Below are positions 24,999 to 38,111 of a stretch of 64,000 nucleotides of DNA, piece after piece. Below the pieces are notes generated by a model. It saw only the letters and a program-made list of their open reading frames with translations. It was not told the DNA's origin and ran no database searches. The DNA lies in the NCBI RefSeq assembly GCF_964204645.1, contig NC_134034.1, positions 3,365,814 through 3,429,813 of the forward strand, given 5' to 3'. This stretch comes from Tubulanus polymorphus (taxonomy: Eukaryota; Animalia; Nemertea). Both the position numbers and the translations under genes were made by a program. Positions within the stretch are counted from its first letter, which is position 1; every line of letters begins with the position of its first letter.

Positions 24999-26719
24999 GT
25001 TCAACAACTACTTCAACGACCATCGTGCGTACTAAGACGACGCGGGCTCATAGCCGAAAACGTTGCTCGAAATATATAATACTTATTTACTCAAGAACTT
25101 TCATTGCTTTTCGAAAATTGCGATACATGTTTTCCACGTACGTTCGGCAGATGATATTCTTACGACTAACTGCAATTTGTAGTTAGAGTTTTCAAGTTTA
25201 ATTGTAATTGTACTTCACAATATAACAGTAATATATTATATCTTTTGGAAGCTACTATACATTAGTAGTGAAAGCTCCTGCGTTAAAATGAATAGTTAAC
25301 CTAAACAGTACTACTCGTTATATATGTTTATTGTTTTGCATTTCAACTAATGAAAAACGTTCGGTAGTGAGGTTATAACACGTTAAGTAATTGGTATCTG
25401 TTCATTTCCAATCCCCGAACCCGCCACCCGAATCCGCCCCGAAATGGGATATTTACAACTCTTTAATGTCCCGCTATCGGAGAGTGTTTTCGAGCGCATC
25501 AAAACTCGACCCCGTTCCATAGATCTCGGGTGAATTGTTTTTCAATTAGTTCTATGAAAATGCGACGATTGAAATATCGCAATGCGTAACGGAAACGCGA
25601 CGATAAGAACTCCATGTAATAATAATGAGGCATGTTTTAGTGTGTACATGTTTCAGTGTTAATTTCGCTGGTGTCTCGAATTCAAGCGGACTTCGAATTC
25701 CTGGTAAGTTGCACTGTTTTGTTATCGTAAAAGAATGTACATCAAACAACTCCGAAACATTGAGATAATTGTATAGTTTTGGATAAAAAACGCAAAGTTT
25801 GGGCATGGAAGAGGGCGATGCCGGGAAGGAGGTCGTCCGTTCGGCCGATTGCCCCACCCCGATTTTGAAAGGTCCAAGCCAGGGGGCGGGGGTCGTCCGT
25901 TCGACCGGTCACCCACCCCGATTTTAAAAGTGCCCTTCAAAAAGTGCTCTTCTAGTAAAATACTTTTTTGACATTAATCAAAGAAAAAAATTCTTCATTA
26001 GTTTCACAGTTTTATTGAATGATCGCTTTGATAATTTATTGACGAAAAATTTGGACCCAAGTTTGAGTGAGTAGAGCGTGCACTTTGCGGGATATAGATA
26101 TTTACAAATCTTTCCGGGGGAAGGACTCCGACCGGGCACAACGCATCTGTGGTGCTCGCTATACGTAGATACACAACACGTAAACAGTGTCGTTTTCATA
26201 ATCTAAGAACGCCCGGCCGTTCGATATTCTGGCTACGGGCTTGAGGGGGCTTCACGGAAACATTTCAAGATTACATTCGCAGTGAGTGCCCTGGGTGACT
26301 TTGAGACGAATGGATTGAAAACATGCGGTAATTAAGGATTCTACTTGTCGCAAGTGAGGAGGATCCACTGCAAATCGCTTGTTACTCGAACTTCAATTTC
26401 CCGATTCGTTCAACTCCTCGCGTTCAGTTTCTTCTTCATTTCGAGTAAAAGTCGATTGCACTTTTCATTGAGGTCGATTTTCAACGAAAACTAAACCAAA
26501 CACCGATAGAGTATAAAAATGTCCACCTGAACATGGTCACAATATAGTGACAAGTATATTGTTAGATACCTAGTAATATATCTATAGCTACGTCCGGGAG
26601 ATACTTCCGCGTACGCAATTGTCAACCTGAATTTACAGTGTGCCTACAAGTGATTATCAATTCTGATTTGTCATTCAAGGATGAAATTGCATTCATTATT
26701 CGCAGAAGCCAAATATGAA

Positions 26720-27265
26720 CCAACTATCCCACCAGATGGCGTAACGATCAGTAGGTCATCCCAACGGTCAAATTAGCTAAATTCATTAAGACCGGCTTAG
26801 ATGTACATAGATCCCTCCAATAGTATATATAGTATTGTAAATTAGTTGATGTATATATATTTCGTTACGTTTTCATTCTCTAAATTTTAATCACTTCAGT
26901 GTTGTTTTGTAAATATTTGTATATACATGTGTAATAGTTTTCCTCCATATACCATGGAAATGGTTGGAGTGTAAATAAAATCGTAATCGTAATCATCCGT
27001 TGTCCAAATTAGTTCATTTTCAATGAACTTTGAACTGAATTCTTAGACTCCCGAATCCATCACACCACACACAAAATATACAATATTTTAATTCTTCTAC
27101 TCGGATATCGGTATAATTTTAGTTAATAATTGATTCATTTAAGAGAAAAGTTCATTCAGTACTAATTGAAATGTAGAAGAAATCTAATGCGGCCGACCAA
27201 CTCTCTACTAGCGACACCTGGCGGATACTCGCCTTCCATACGTGGAATCATCATAGTAGCACTGC
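26720..27265 (+). mobile_element. Copy of the CAATGGG family element interrupted by a ~230-bp LINE-tail-like insertion
   Basis: CCACCAGATGGCGTAACGA at left, CTAGCGACACCTGGCGGAT at right; the insert ends AATAAAATCGTAATCGTAATC. Confidence 0.65.
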
Positions 27266-27331
27266 ACTATACCGTATTGAAATCAACATTTTTCAGAACG
27301 ATTTGACGTAAGCTTATAACACATGCACAAA

Positions 27332-29755
27332 ATGTTGGTGACGTTTCTACTAACGTGGTTTGTAACGGTGAACGCTGCTTACGGCGAAGATGTCGGGCAA
27401 TCTGTGGTGCTTTTCAAACGACCGCCGAACTGCGAGAATAAGATACCGGTTTTCAACCCGCTGAACGAATTCAAAGATATGCTGAGATGTTTGGAGTGTT
27501 TCAGACGGTGCGCGGCTGACGATCGCTGTCTATCGGCCTCGTACTCGAAAACGAACCGGCTGTGCCGCCATTATTCGCGGACTTCAGATTCGAAATGTAC
27601 GGGACTCGAACCCGCCGCCGACGATACGAAATACTACGAGCGACGAACGGTAAACGCTATTGATAAAAAGTACACAATAATTCGTTAAATAAGAAACGAA
27701 ATGTCTTCATGCACCTGATGACAGTCTCAAGAGAGAGTCAGAAATATCGTGTCTTTTAGTTTTAGATTCCACGTAGTTCTTGATGGACGAAATTCGGTTT
27801 TAAATTTTTTGAATTTGAATGACTGAGTTTATTCACTATTTCTGAGCACAGGTGCTCGGCGAAGAGTGGTAGGCCTACGTTTCACGTTAGATAATGTATC
27901 CATATTCTTAGTGATGGTTGTTCTGCAATTAATTGGAGAAAAAACGTCTGTTAACACTTCTTAAAATACAATAGCCGCTGGCTCATCATCTGCGGCTGGG
28001 ATTCGAACCTGTTGGCATCCTTATTTATTGCAATACTTCCACCACTCAGAACAGAGAGAAAGATTATCGATAACCCCAGGAACTGTATCCAAGCTCATCG
28101 GCGAGCGCATGTTTGCAGTCTATGGTTATTCTACGGCCAAGAACTAAATTCAATTACATCAATTACATAAGTTAGATAAATACTGATACCAAGCTACATC
28201 ACGATGACAACTTCATAAACTTTCTAGTTGATTTCTATTTTTCTGATGATTCATTTCTAACGAGAACAGTAAAATATTCTAAATCTGTGAAAATCTGCAT
28301 AATAGGTTAACGAAAATCCGAAAGATGGCGGTAATGAATGTGCGACGAGCTTCATCGGTAGAAACTGTGAATATGATAAAAATAGTAAGTAACGAAACTG
28401 ATTAAAGTCGGTTTAGCTCATAGGTGCCTGATACAACTTTGTTTACCCCCCAAATATCCGATAAAGAACAAAGAAGCCGTCAACGTCCGACCGGATTATC
28501 TGGTGTGCGTTTCCAGCACGACGCAGGGAAACGCTACTTTTCGTTTCCCTATGTCCCTAAGTTCAGAAACAACGTTTACGAGATCGAAAATGTTTGATTC
28601 CGTGTTTCCGCGTTTCCCAGTGTCGTGAGTATTAGGTTTACGGAGAGACGAACAGTAACCTCTATTGAGAAATATTCACCTTTCTATGAATTTCGAGATT
28701 TTACAAATTCGTTTCTTTGGTCCGATCGGTTTCTCGTCGAGGTCAAGAATCACAAACATGTTCTTACGATAGTCAAAGAAGAACAGTTTCAGTAAATATA
28801 TCTGGCCCTTAACTTTGGAATGACATCGGTAATCTGGATCTAATCTGGAAAATTCGAAACTGTTTTTTAGGAATTATGGAAAGCAACTTTTGCTTATTGA
28901 ATGATTAGATTATATAGTTTTATTACTTAAAAGAATGTGCATTATCGGGGGTTGAGAGTTGACGGAATGTCTAATTTTTACATTGCTCCTTTTTTTCTGT
29001 TTATTTCTCAGTTTTTCTTAGGACCGCTCCCCTGCCTCCGATATTGTTGATTTTACAAATGTTTATCGCAATTAAATCTTTCAGACGCATCGCAATACTT
29101 TCCGATGGATGAAGTAGTGGCAAGCGAGGTTTGCATCGGATCCAGACGGAACGCCACTGTTACCAGCAATGTTGAAGTCGTTCCGGGTGCGTTCTCCGAA
29201 TACGCGGTGTTAATCCACGAATTTGGAAGCATGGATTTCGGGGTAATCGGGCATTTAGGCTGTTTCGGGGGGATGTTCGAAGCGTGCGGTCCGGACGGGT
29301 TTACCCTGATGTTTTGGTTACACGTGTCCGATGGAAGTTGGGGAAATTATTTTATGTATAACGGGGGGGGGGGGTTAAGGCCAGGAAGTTACGGTTACGT
29401 TATAACTCGCCAAAATGGTTACATAAAACTGATGTTTCGGAGTTGTCTAGACTACAACAATGCGCGCCACGTCAGATATAGGGTCGTATCGAGCTCGACT
29501 AAGGTGGTGGTCGGATGGGTGCACGTGGCCATCACATGGGCACTTTCCTCGTGGGCGAAAATGTTCATAAACGGTACCATAGGAATAGTGGACGAGCAGA
29601 ATGTAATATCGAGCAATTGCACCGTCGATTTGAGTAATCATTTCTACGTCCGTTCGCTTTCTCCGACGATAATTGACGAATTACTGTTTTGGGAAGTCGC
29701 GGACGTGGATTTGATTCAAAGCGTTTGGGATTATTATAACTCAACCCGCCCGTAA
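27332..29755 (+). CDS. Secreted PAN/Apple + LamG-like protein, paralogue B (exons 27332-27649, 28306-28384, 29085-29755)
   Basis: Same signal peptide, PAN Cys pattern, 79-bp middle exon (..GRNCEYDKN) and LamG motifs as paralogue A. Alternative in-frame ATG at 27323. Confidence 0.88.
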
Positions 29756-30414
29756 ACGTGACTATATGAGGGGAGCCTCGGACGCTTCTGTGGCAATCGA
29801 GGAATCCACTCATGTCGAGCAATGATCCACACAGGTGTCGCTAGTAGGTGCTTGGTCTCACGTGTTCAATTTCATCTGCGTTTTAATTAGAATCGAATGA
29901 ACGTTTTGTCTTAAACAAATCAATTATCATTGGAAGCAATCTGGGGATCCCAGTCCTAATGCTGACGATCTCATGACAAAGGCATCAAACAATATTTGGA
30001 GACATTTCCTGCAAGTCGTATTGGCAAAAATTCATAAAGACTATATAAATGTTTGGTATTGGACATATATTTTGCAATAATGTACATATTTTTAGACACT
30101 TTATTCTTTTCTATTAAAGATGATATGTGAACGGATGTGCACTTCGTTATCCATGCTGGGGCGTAAATATTCAAATTGAAAATATTGCCATTTAGAAACT
30201 AAAAGTTGATGTCGTAACCTGGGCAGTAACATGTAACCGTCTGACGGTAACTGATCTATTTACCTAATTGTCCGCCAGATGGCGAACTAGTCGAAGGTGG
30301 CTGCTCAAACTGCAGTGGCATGCAGTATAGCTGTCTTACAGTCGTTGAAATGCCAAATACTGATAGTTGCGATACTTTTCAAAAGTTTTTTTTTGAATGA
30401 TCACCAAAAACACC

Positions 30415-30528
30415 CGGGTCCGGTTTGTATACTGGCGTATTACGAGTTATCCGGGGGCTAACTCGTTTCATTTTCAATTGAGTTAACCCCCGGGTTAAAG
30501 ATGATACCAGTCTATAAAACCGGACCCC
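30415..30528. mobile_element. ~115-bp palindromic MITE; second copy at 42661-42775
   Basis: GG.CCGGTTT..TAGACTGGTATTA..CCGGGGGCTAACT / AGTTAACCCCCGGG..ATACCAGTCTATAAAACCGG hairpin, present twice. Confidence 0.8.
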
Positions 30529-31143
30529 GATTAGCATGAATTGATTTTCTTAAATTGTATTGAGAGGGTTTAAAACCATATAATATCAATGTTTTATCAT
30601 ATCATCTTTTGTAAACAATACCGAGCATTATAACTTACTATATCTGTACGGAGCTCCGGAGGTGACATGATGAGAAATAGATATATAATGTTTTTCGATC
30701 GAAAACATAATAATCTTTTCATTCGAACGGAATGTTTTTCGTCGGAACGAAAATGTGTGCAAATCAGTCACCGAGAGACATAGTTGTTTAAACATTTCTG
30801 AACAAACGTGGTTTGATATCTTATTCGTATGATTTTTTCTTTTTCTTTCGGATGTATTGAAAATCTTTTATCACAACAATATTTCGCGTTGATTTTTTTC
30901 TGACAAATTCATCATTTGCGAATAATTTGACAATGATCAAAATATCAAGACTATAAGTGAAAACGTTTTGATATTTTCTTCCAAAAAAATAAGCTTTTTC
31001 CATCTACGAATTTTCTCAAACGTTGACGATAATTACTAGAATATAATGCTATAATTGGTGGAATTTGAGAACAGTTCATTGCTATATGGGGAAGGGTGCT
31101 GATTAACCCAAGCTTGCGGAACACTCCCTTTTCACTGCAAGTA

Positions 31144-33228
31144 TTAAACCTGCTGGTCTGAACAGAATCGCAGAAACGACTGTTTCAAAACTTTCGCAAA
31201 TCTCAGAGCAAAACCTCGGCAAACTTCATTCGTATAGTAGTTCAAACAAATCGAAAATCTACCGTCTATGGTCATAGTAACGACGTTGAACGGTCTGCAA
31301 TCCGAAATATTGTAAAAGTAGCATAATCGAAGACCGGAAAATAATATCCGCGCGTCAGCGCCATGTTTTAGCACGTCGAAACGTCCCCAGTTCGTAACAA
31401 ACAGATCAGCGCCGAAAGGTTGTTTCGTCTGAATCGGTTTACCAGATTTCAACTTGGCCAATTTACAACTTCTGAACAATCTCGACAGATCATTTACTTG
31501 ATATTCGACCGTTTTCTGCGTGGTCTTCGCGATATTCCAAAATTCGGAACTACCCATGCCTCGCGGTATGGTTATGGTTATATCGTAGCCACCACGGCTC
31601 GTGTAGTCGCCGAAATCGCTTTCGGTAATGCCGACGCATATTCTCGGAGCTCGAAGGTTAGTAGTCATGCGCACAACCACGTCCTGGCGGGCTGGTATTT
31701 TATCCGGTTCTAACATTTTGACTAGAGATTCGGCAACGACCGTTAAGATCAACGCATTCATTCGAACTCGGTTCTTTTTCGCCGTTCGTAGAATTGCAAA
31801 TGTTTCGAATTCGCTGAATTCGATTTCGACGAATTGAATTGTTCTCTTCGATGTTTCGTTATCCCTTTCAGTCATGTAGGTCAGTTTACTGGACAGGTCG
31901 GTCGGACGAAACCGTCTCCACACATTCCCCAAATAATACAGCAACCTGTCCCGCTGGGTCAGTTTCATTTGGGGCGCAAAGTAAAAATCGCGACTAGGCT
32001 TTAACGGCAAACTTACATGGGGTGGGCCTACATTGCTGATAAGGTTTTCTAGAACTTCCAAGAATTCTTTGATAAACCTTATTATAGTTATTCCGTCGAA
32101 AAGCAAATGCAGTCCGACCAGGGCGAATTTATATTCGTTTTTCTGAACAGGTTCGAGCATCGTTAACTTCCAAACAGGTCGGTTCTCTTCGAAACTAACC
32201 GCCAAATCGCGATCTATCAATAATCGATAATCGTCGGCAGACGATCGACGAAAATCGATCGTTTCCGCATCCATTTCTCCGACGTATTTCATTGTTCTAT
32301 TTTGGCTGGTGACGAATTTCGAGATTTTCGCGCGTAACATCGGGTGCCGTCGGTACAGATGTCGTGCGGTCGTTTCTACAAGCGTGGCCTGCAGTTCGAC
32401 CGCGCTGGCGAACGAGAATATAGCCCAAGAATCGCCGGTGCCGGCCTTATTTTCGTTGAGATTCACGATTTCGTGGCTGGACAGTTTTCTAGCGAATTTT
32501 CCTGAAAGTACAAATACGTACTATTAACATAAAGTGACATCTGATCATTTCAAAGTTGAGACCGGTAAGATTCCACCCGAGTTGTTGTCAAATAAAGGGC
32601 AAGAGTTTGTGAAATACAGTAGACTTAGCCTGGTACTGCGGTTAAGTTGAAACTAGCAAAATTCACCCAGAGTTGGTGTCAAATAAAAGGTAAGAGTTTG
32701 TGAAATACAGTAGACTCTGTCTCTTACTGCGGTTAAGTTAAAACTAGCAAAATTCGCCCAGAGTTGGTGTGAAATAATAAGTAAGAGTTTGTGAAATACA
32801 GTAGACTCTGTCTCTTACTGCGGTAAAGTATAGACCGGTAAAATTCTACCCCCAGTTCGTGTCACATAAAAAGTAGGAGGTTATGAAATAAAATAAACTC
32901 TGTCTCTTACTGCGGTTAAGTTGGAACTGGCAAACTTCACTCAGGGTTCGGGTTTAGACCGGGAAAATCTAACCCGAGGTGGCGTCATATACTGAGTGAG
33001 AGTCTCGCGCGGTATTTTCAGTACCGTCGTATAAAGACGGGGTTCCAAAAATATATTTCTACCTGTAGCTTTCACTTGTTCGATGTGTAGCTCCAATTCT
33101 TTTCGATTGATTTCTCTTATACGAGACGCGCGGCGATTTCGTTGCCAAATTAAGGCAAACGTCGACAAAACGATAAAACACACGACCGCGGCGTAGAATT
33201 CGAAAATAGATTCCTGATTCTGCGGCAT
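31144..33228 (-). CDS. CoA-dependent acyltransferase of the condensation-domain/alcohol acetyltransferase fold with an N-terminal membrane anchor, ~507 aa (exons 33228-33063, 32501-31144)
   Basis: TM segment FYAAVVCFIVLSTFALIW; RKLSSHE N-terminal motif; RRHPMLRAKI; catalytic-type HLLFDG (HxxxDG); C-terminal TNWG. Phase-1 intron ACAG|GTAGAA..TTTCAG|GA keeps frame. Confidence 0.82.
32555..32960. repeat. ~91-bp tandem repeat, about 4.5 copies, in the acyltransferase intron; inverted related unit near 8870-8980
   Basis: Unit AAATTCACCCAGAGTTGGTGTCAAATAA..GAGTTTGTGAAATACAGTAGACTCTGTCTCTTACTGCGGTTAAGTT. Confidence 0.9.
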
Positions 33229-34238
33229 GACTGCAACTTTGAGAAATTTCGACAACTGCGCTTCGTAGCAGTTAGGCCCGCGTGGTTAAAAAAAACTCGA
33301 TGCAATTAAACCGAGCTGTCCAAGTCGAGATATCTGTAAACTCTAATTTTTATACCTCGAAGTACGTCATCGAATTCCCCCTGCCGGGATATCGAAGAAT
33401 TAATCGTTATGAGATCGAAAACTTAAAGTTTACGCTAATCGTTTCTCATGTCGAGACGTAACTCCATGATAGAATCGTTATGCCTAATCGCTATCGAAAG
33501 TTGATGTTCACAGAGTTGGTCGAGACATTCATTTTCGGTCCAATTGTTGATGCAGCGGATATTCCTTGCGGAATATATAGTCGAAACGTCGGATAAACTA
33601 CTGTCTCCACTTATATTTTCGGACCGTCTTTCGTCGCTTTTGTGGGATTCTCCCTACATTATCGTCACAACACGGATATAGCGTTTATTATACTTTTGAA
33701 GTTAACCAGATCGAGCGTATGTTTAGTGAAGGCTATCTGTTCCTAACTCGCTTACACGAGAGAGACACTGAACAATCCAGATCCAGGAGTTGAGAAACCG
33801 GTTTTGTATACAGCGTACGTGTTCTCGGCTGAGCTACGTGTATTAAAAAGTAATTGTCCGAACTCTGTATAACACAAAACTGTAACGAGTATAGAAATGA
33901 CAAGCTCGGACAAAATGACCCAGCTCGAAAACTAAGCTTTGAATACTGAATATTCACTTTTGTCCGCACATCTGTTATATGCCGGCACGTTGGATTACCA
34001 TTTTAAAACAGATTCCGAATAAATCCCTTTAAAAAAGGGGCTGACTCAAATACCGATACGTCCGAATGCCTCCGATTTCACTCTTTTATCCGGACTCTCC
34101 TCTCTGGTGACGTGGTTTAGTTGCCGCGGAGTGGGGCCGTGCGGATAAGAAGACACGTTCAGCATAGCATTAACCGGCAACCAGTCTAGACTCAGAATTC
34201 GATACGCAACTAGCCTAAGTGATTGTACAGTCGTTCTC

Positions 34239-34571
34239 CAATGGGGGACACGCAAAACCAGCTATCCCGCCAGATGGCGTAACGAGCAGTAGGTTGTCAG
34301 TCAACATGAGTTCATTTTCAATGCACTTTGACCGCCCTGAATCCATATACTCAGCACAAGACTCCAGCAAATATACAATTCTTTCATTCTTCTTATCAGA
34401 TTTCGATAAAGTTTCCATAAATAATTGATTCATTTAAGAGAAAAGTTCATTTAGTCTTAATTGAATTGTAAAATAGATCGAACGCGGACGACCAGCTATC
34501 TACTAGCGAACCTGGCGGATCCTCGCCTGCCAAAGGTAGATTGCCACAGTAGTACTGCGGGTACCCCATTG
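34239..34571 (+). mobile_element. Full-length non-autonomous element with CAATGGGG/CCCCATTG TIRs
   Basis: Perfect 8-bp TIR; internal sequence shared with at least four other copies in the window. Confidence 0.8.
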
Positions 34572-35103
34572 CGCTCTTTTTCACCGAAATCACCGGATCG
34601 TAATCTGATCATAATCTGATAGAAGAGTCGGCCCGAGGCGAGCTTAAGTGATAGCAAGTAGGTCAGTCGCGTGTGACTTGCATGATTTCGGAGTTCGCCT
34701 TTGGTTTACCCAAGGTCTCGGACCCCGTTTCGTGTGTTTCCCTCTCCGTCGAACTTGTATAATTTTACAACCGGAATGGTTCGTGGTTTTTCAAGGCTCC
34801 CCGGTCGCCAACAACCTCCCCAGAAAGGAAAGTATATTTGATTCAGTCGCAGATAATAGTGGAGTTCTCTAACAAATGATAAATAGCTACGTAAGACTTC
34901 ATTAGTACCGTGAGGATTTCTTTTGTGTGAATTCACCAATTCACCAATATGTGTGCGGAGACAGATGCACAATTATTGTCTGAATGAAATCTCGTTGAGA
35001 ACGTTGGATTTCGATTCAATTTATTTAAGATTTTGATATGAACAATAAATATCACTGTAAAGTTTCTATTTTAGACTACCAGCGGTGCTAGAAATGATTC
35101 AAG

Positions 35104-36057
35104 ATGAATCTTACTTCGGACGTGTTGACTGTAAGTCGACCATACAACAGTTACATCATTATCATGTCTTTAGTGAACAGATCCGGAACCTATCGCAATG
35201 TATCCGTGGTCATTCTGCTTATAATGTTCCTATTAGGAGCCTTCGGAAATTCGGCTACTATCCTGATAATGACAAGTCGTAGATTTCGCCGTCTATCTTA
35301 CGCTAACTATCTGATCGTTTTGTCTACTAGTGATTTCATGTACTGCGTTGTATTTACGCTGATGCCTGTTTTACAGTTTGTTCTTTTGCTTTCAAATATC
35401 GGTCCGATAATCTTGGTGAATTCACTGATCAGTTGTCAAATATTTGATTCTATAATGGATATTATGGGCGCCTGCAGTTCGTGGTTTATAGTAGCGATAT
35501 CTTTAGAACGCGTGGCGGTTGTGCTCTTCCCGTTCACATCTCGTTTGATATGTACACCGAGATTCGCCCGATGCGCTATTGCAATCGTTTTCGTAATGAA
35601 CGTACTTGTAAATGGTATACATCCAATAGTAATTATGCGTTTTTCTAATAGTTTCGGTTGTTACTATTCGTTTTCCGATCAGTTCCAACGCTTTATGACG
35701 TATGTTATATACGTTTTCATCCTGCCATTTACTTTAATAATCATATCGAATACTGTTATTATAGTTGTGTTATTCAGAGGTTCAAAAACGATTTCGTCCG
35801 ATTGGAAAACTACAAAAGCAAAACGTACCACAATAATGCTCGTAACAGTTTCACTCGCGTTTGCTATATTTACAATTCCAACCACTATTATTGTATTATT
35901 ACCAATCGCAACCGCACAGAAAGCTGTTTTATATGAGATATTCACTCAATTGCAAATGAGTAATTACGCTATTAATTTCTACATATATCTTTTACTGGGA
36001 CGAGAAATTCGTGAATATTTCTGTTCAAAATTCTGCTTTAGAAAATCGGCGAAATAA
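35104..36057 (+). CDS. Intronless rhodopsin-family orphan GPCR (peptide-receptor-like/chemoreceptor expansion), copy 1
   Basis: 7 TM; GN in TM1, LSTSD in TM2, SLERV in TM3, FTIP in TM6, NFYIY in TM7. Confidence 0.93.
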   Translation: MNLTSDVLTVSRPYNSYIIIMSLVNRSGTYRNVSVVILLIMFLLGAFGNSATILIMTSRRFRRLSYANYLIVLSTSDFMYCVVFTLMPVLQFVLLLSNIGPIILVNSLISCQIFDSIMDIMGACSSWFIVAISLERVAVVLFPFTSRLICTPRFARCAIAIVFVMNVLVNGIHPIVIMRFSNSFGCYYSFSDQFQRFMTYVIYVFILPFTLIIISNTVIIVVLFRGSKTISSDWKTTKAKRTTIMLVTVSLAFAIFTIPTTIIVLLPIATAQKAVLYEIFTQLQMSNYAINFYIYLLLGREIREYFCSKFCFRKSAK

Positions 36058-37166
36058 CAATTAATTTAAAAGTTAATTCATTAAAAGTTTAATTCATTCG
36101 TAACTACGAATCTTCTCTCATATTTCTCTCGTAGAAGGAAGAAGAGACTTTTTTACCATTAATCTGCTATTGATGCACCATAGATAGAATTATACTGCAT
36201 GGGAGTTCAGTTCTGGAGATGGGGCTTAATCTTCAGTGACAACGGCAATATTCATCTGAATTTCATTTCTCAATTTCAAGCCATCGGCTGCCACAAAGGA
36301 TACGGCAATTGCAACTCAATATCTGTGCGGACTCGTACCCGTGTTGCAACAAAAATCCACATCTCTAATGAGCCAATGTCTTGTTGATGATTCAGACAAA
36401 TGACAAGGATGAAAGAGAATTGAATCGTTCTTTTTTTCGCAAACAACGATCACATTTGGCAGATACAATAGTTTTAAAGCATAACTCATCTATTGTTTTA
36501 TTATACGAAAATACGATAGTTTTCACGACTGGGGAAATAGCTCCTAAAATACGATATACACGCTTTAGAAGAACATGGAACGAACCGGGACGTAAACATT
36601 GAACGGATTAGAATTTTCCAAACGTAATTGAGAACAAAGATTCGACCTCCACCACCACCACCACCACCAATACTAGAACACTAACACACACACATTTAGG
36701 ATTCAGTGACTGGCCAGTCACGTAAGAACATAGATTTGAAATATTTTGGAGTTCACACGTCCTTTGTTTTACCAAAGTTCTCTCTGGTGGACGCTGTTTT
36801 CACGTGTTTTCCTCTCTACAGAATCGGTGTGATTTTACAACCGACCTGTGCGCTGATGTTTTGATTTGTATTTCCTTTATAAAAATCTCCCCAGAAAGTC
36901 TATATATTTGACTTAGTCACAATAGCGGTGGAGTAACATTTCTTCGCTGAATATGAATAGCTATCATGAATAAGACCTCATTAATATCTGCGAGGACTTG
37001 GTTTGCGTGAAATTAACTAATCAATATGTGCGGAGACGGTCAGTGCAAACAGTACGACAGGGCGTCGCTGAATCGATGGACTCTTTTCTAAATGAAACGT
37101 TGGATATCGATTCAATTTTCACACCGCACGGATTCAACTCACATAGCGCTATAGAGTTGCATCACG

Positions 37167-38111
37167 ATGAATTCTACTGGGATGCAGATTGTCGGTCGAC
37201 CTTACAACAGTTACATCATTATCATGTCTTTAGTAAACAGATCCGGAACCTATCGCAATGTATCCATGGTCATTCTCATTATTATGTTCCTTTTAGGAGC
37301 CTTCGGAAATTCGGCTACTATCCTGATAATGACAAGTCGTAGATTTCGCCGTTTATCTTACGCTAACTATCTGATCGTTTTGTCTACTAGTGATTTCATG
37401 TACTGCGTTGTATTTACGCTGATGCCTGTTTTACAGTTTGTTCTTTTGCTTCCAAATATCGGTCCGATAATCTTGGTGAATTCACTGATCAGTTGTCAAA
37501 TATTTGATTCTATAATGGATATTATGGGCGCCTGCAGTTCGTGGTTTATAGTAGCGATATCTTTAGAACGCGTGGCGGTTGTGCTCTTCCCGTTCACATC
37601 TCGTTTGATATGTACACCAAGATTTGCCCGAAGCGCCATTTTCATTATTTCCATGATGAACATACTGGTAAATGGTATTTATCCAATAGTAATTATGCGT
37701 TTTTCTAATAGTTTCGGCTGCTACTACGATTATTTTGACCAGTTTCTGCGTTTTATGACGTTCGTCATATACGTTTTTATAGTGCCTTTAACTTTGATAA
37801 TCACAGCAAATTCTGTGATAGTAGTTCAGTTGTTCAGGGGTACAAAAATGGTTTCGTCTGATCAGAAAACTACTAAAGCAAAACGTACCACAATAATGCT
37901 TGTGACAGTTTCGTTTGCATTTGCTATCTTTACAATTCCAACAACTATTATTGTATTATTACCAATCGCAACAGCTCAGAAAGAGGTTCTATTCGAAATA
38001 CTCACTCAATTGCAAATGAGTAATTATGCCATCAACTTTTACATATATCTTTTACTGGGACGAGAAATCCGTGATTATTTCTGTTCGAAGTTCTGTTCAG
38101 AAAATCAGTGA
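37167..38111 (+). CDS. Intronless rhodopsin-family orphan GPCR, copy 2 (tandem duplicate)
   Basis: Same motifs as copy 1; offset 2060 bp; upstream non-coding DNA is also paralogous. Confidence 0.93.
   Translation: MNSTGMQIVGRPYNSYIIIMSLVNRSGTYRNVSMVILIIMFLLGAFGNSATILIMTSRRFRRLSYANYLIVLSTSDFMYCVVFTLMPVLQFVLLLPNIGPIILVNSLISCQIFDSIMDIMGACSSWFIVAISLERVAVVLFPFTSRLICTPRFARSAIFIISMMNILVNGIYPIVIMRFSNSFGCYYDYFDQFLRFMTFVIYVFIVPLTLIITANSVIVVQLFRGTKMVSSDQKTTKAKRTTIMLVTVSFAFAIFTIPTTIIVLLPIATAQKEVLFEILTQLQMSNYAINFYIYLLLGREIRDYFCSKFCSENQ

Noticed and set aside
32941-33062. C-terminal part of the 104-aa ORF as a separate small membrane protein
   Set aside because: A donor at 33063/33062 splices in frame to the acyltransferase exon; the remainder is intron read-through.
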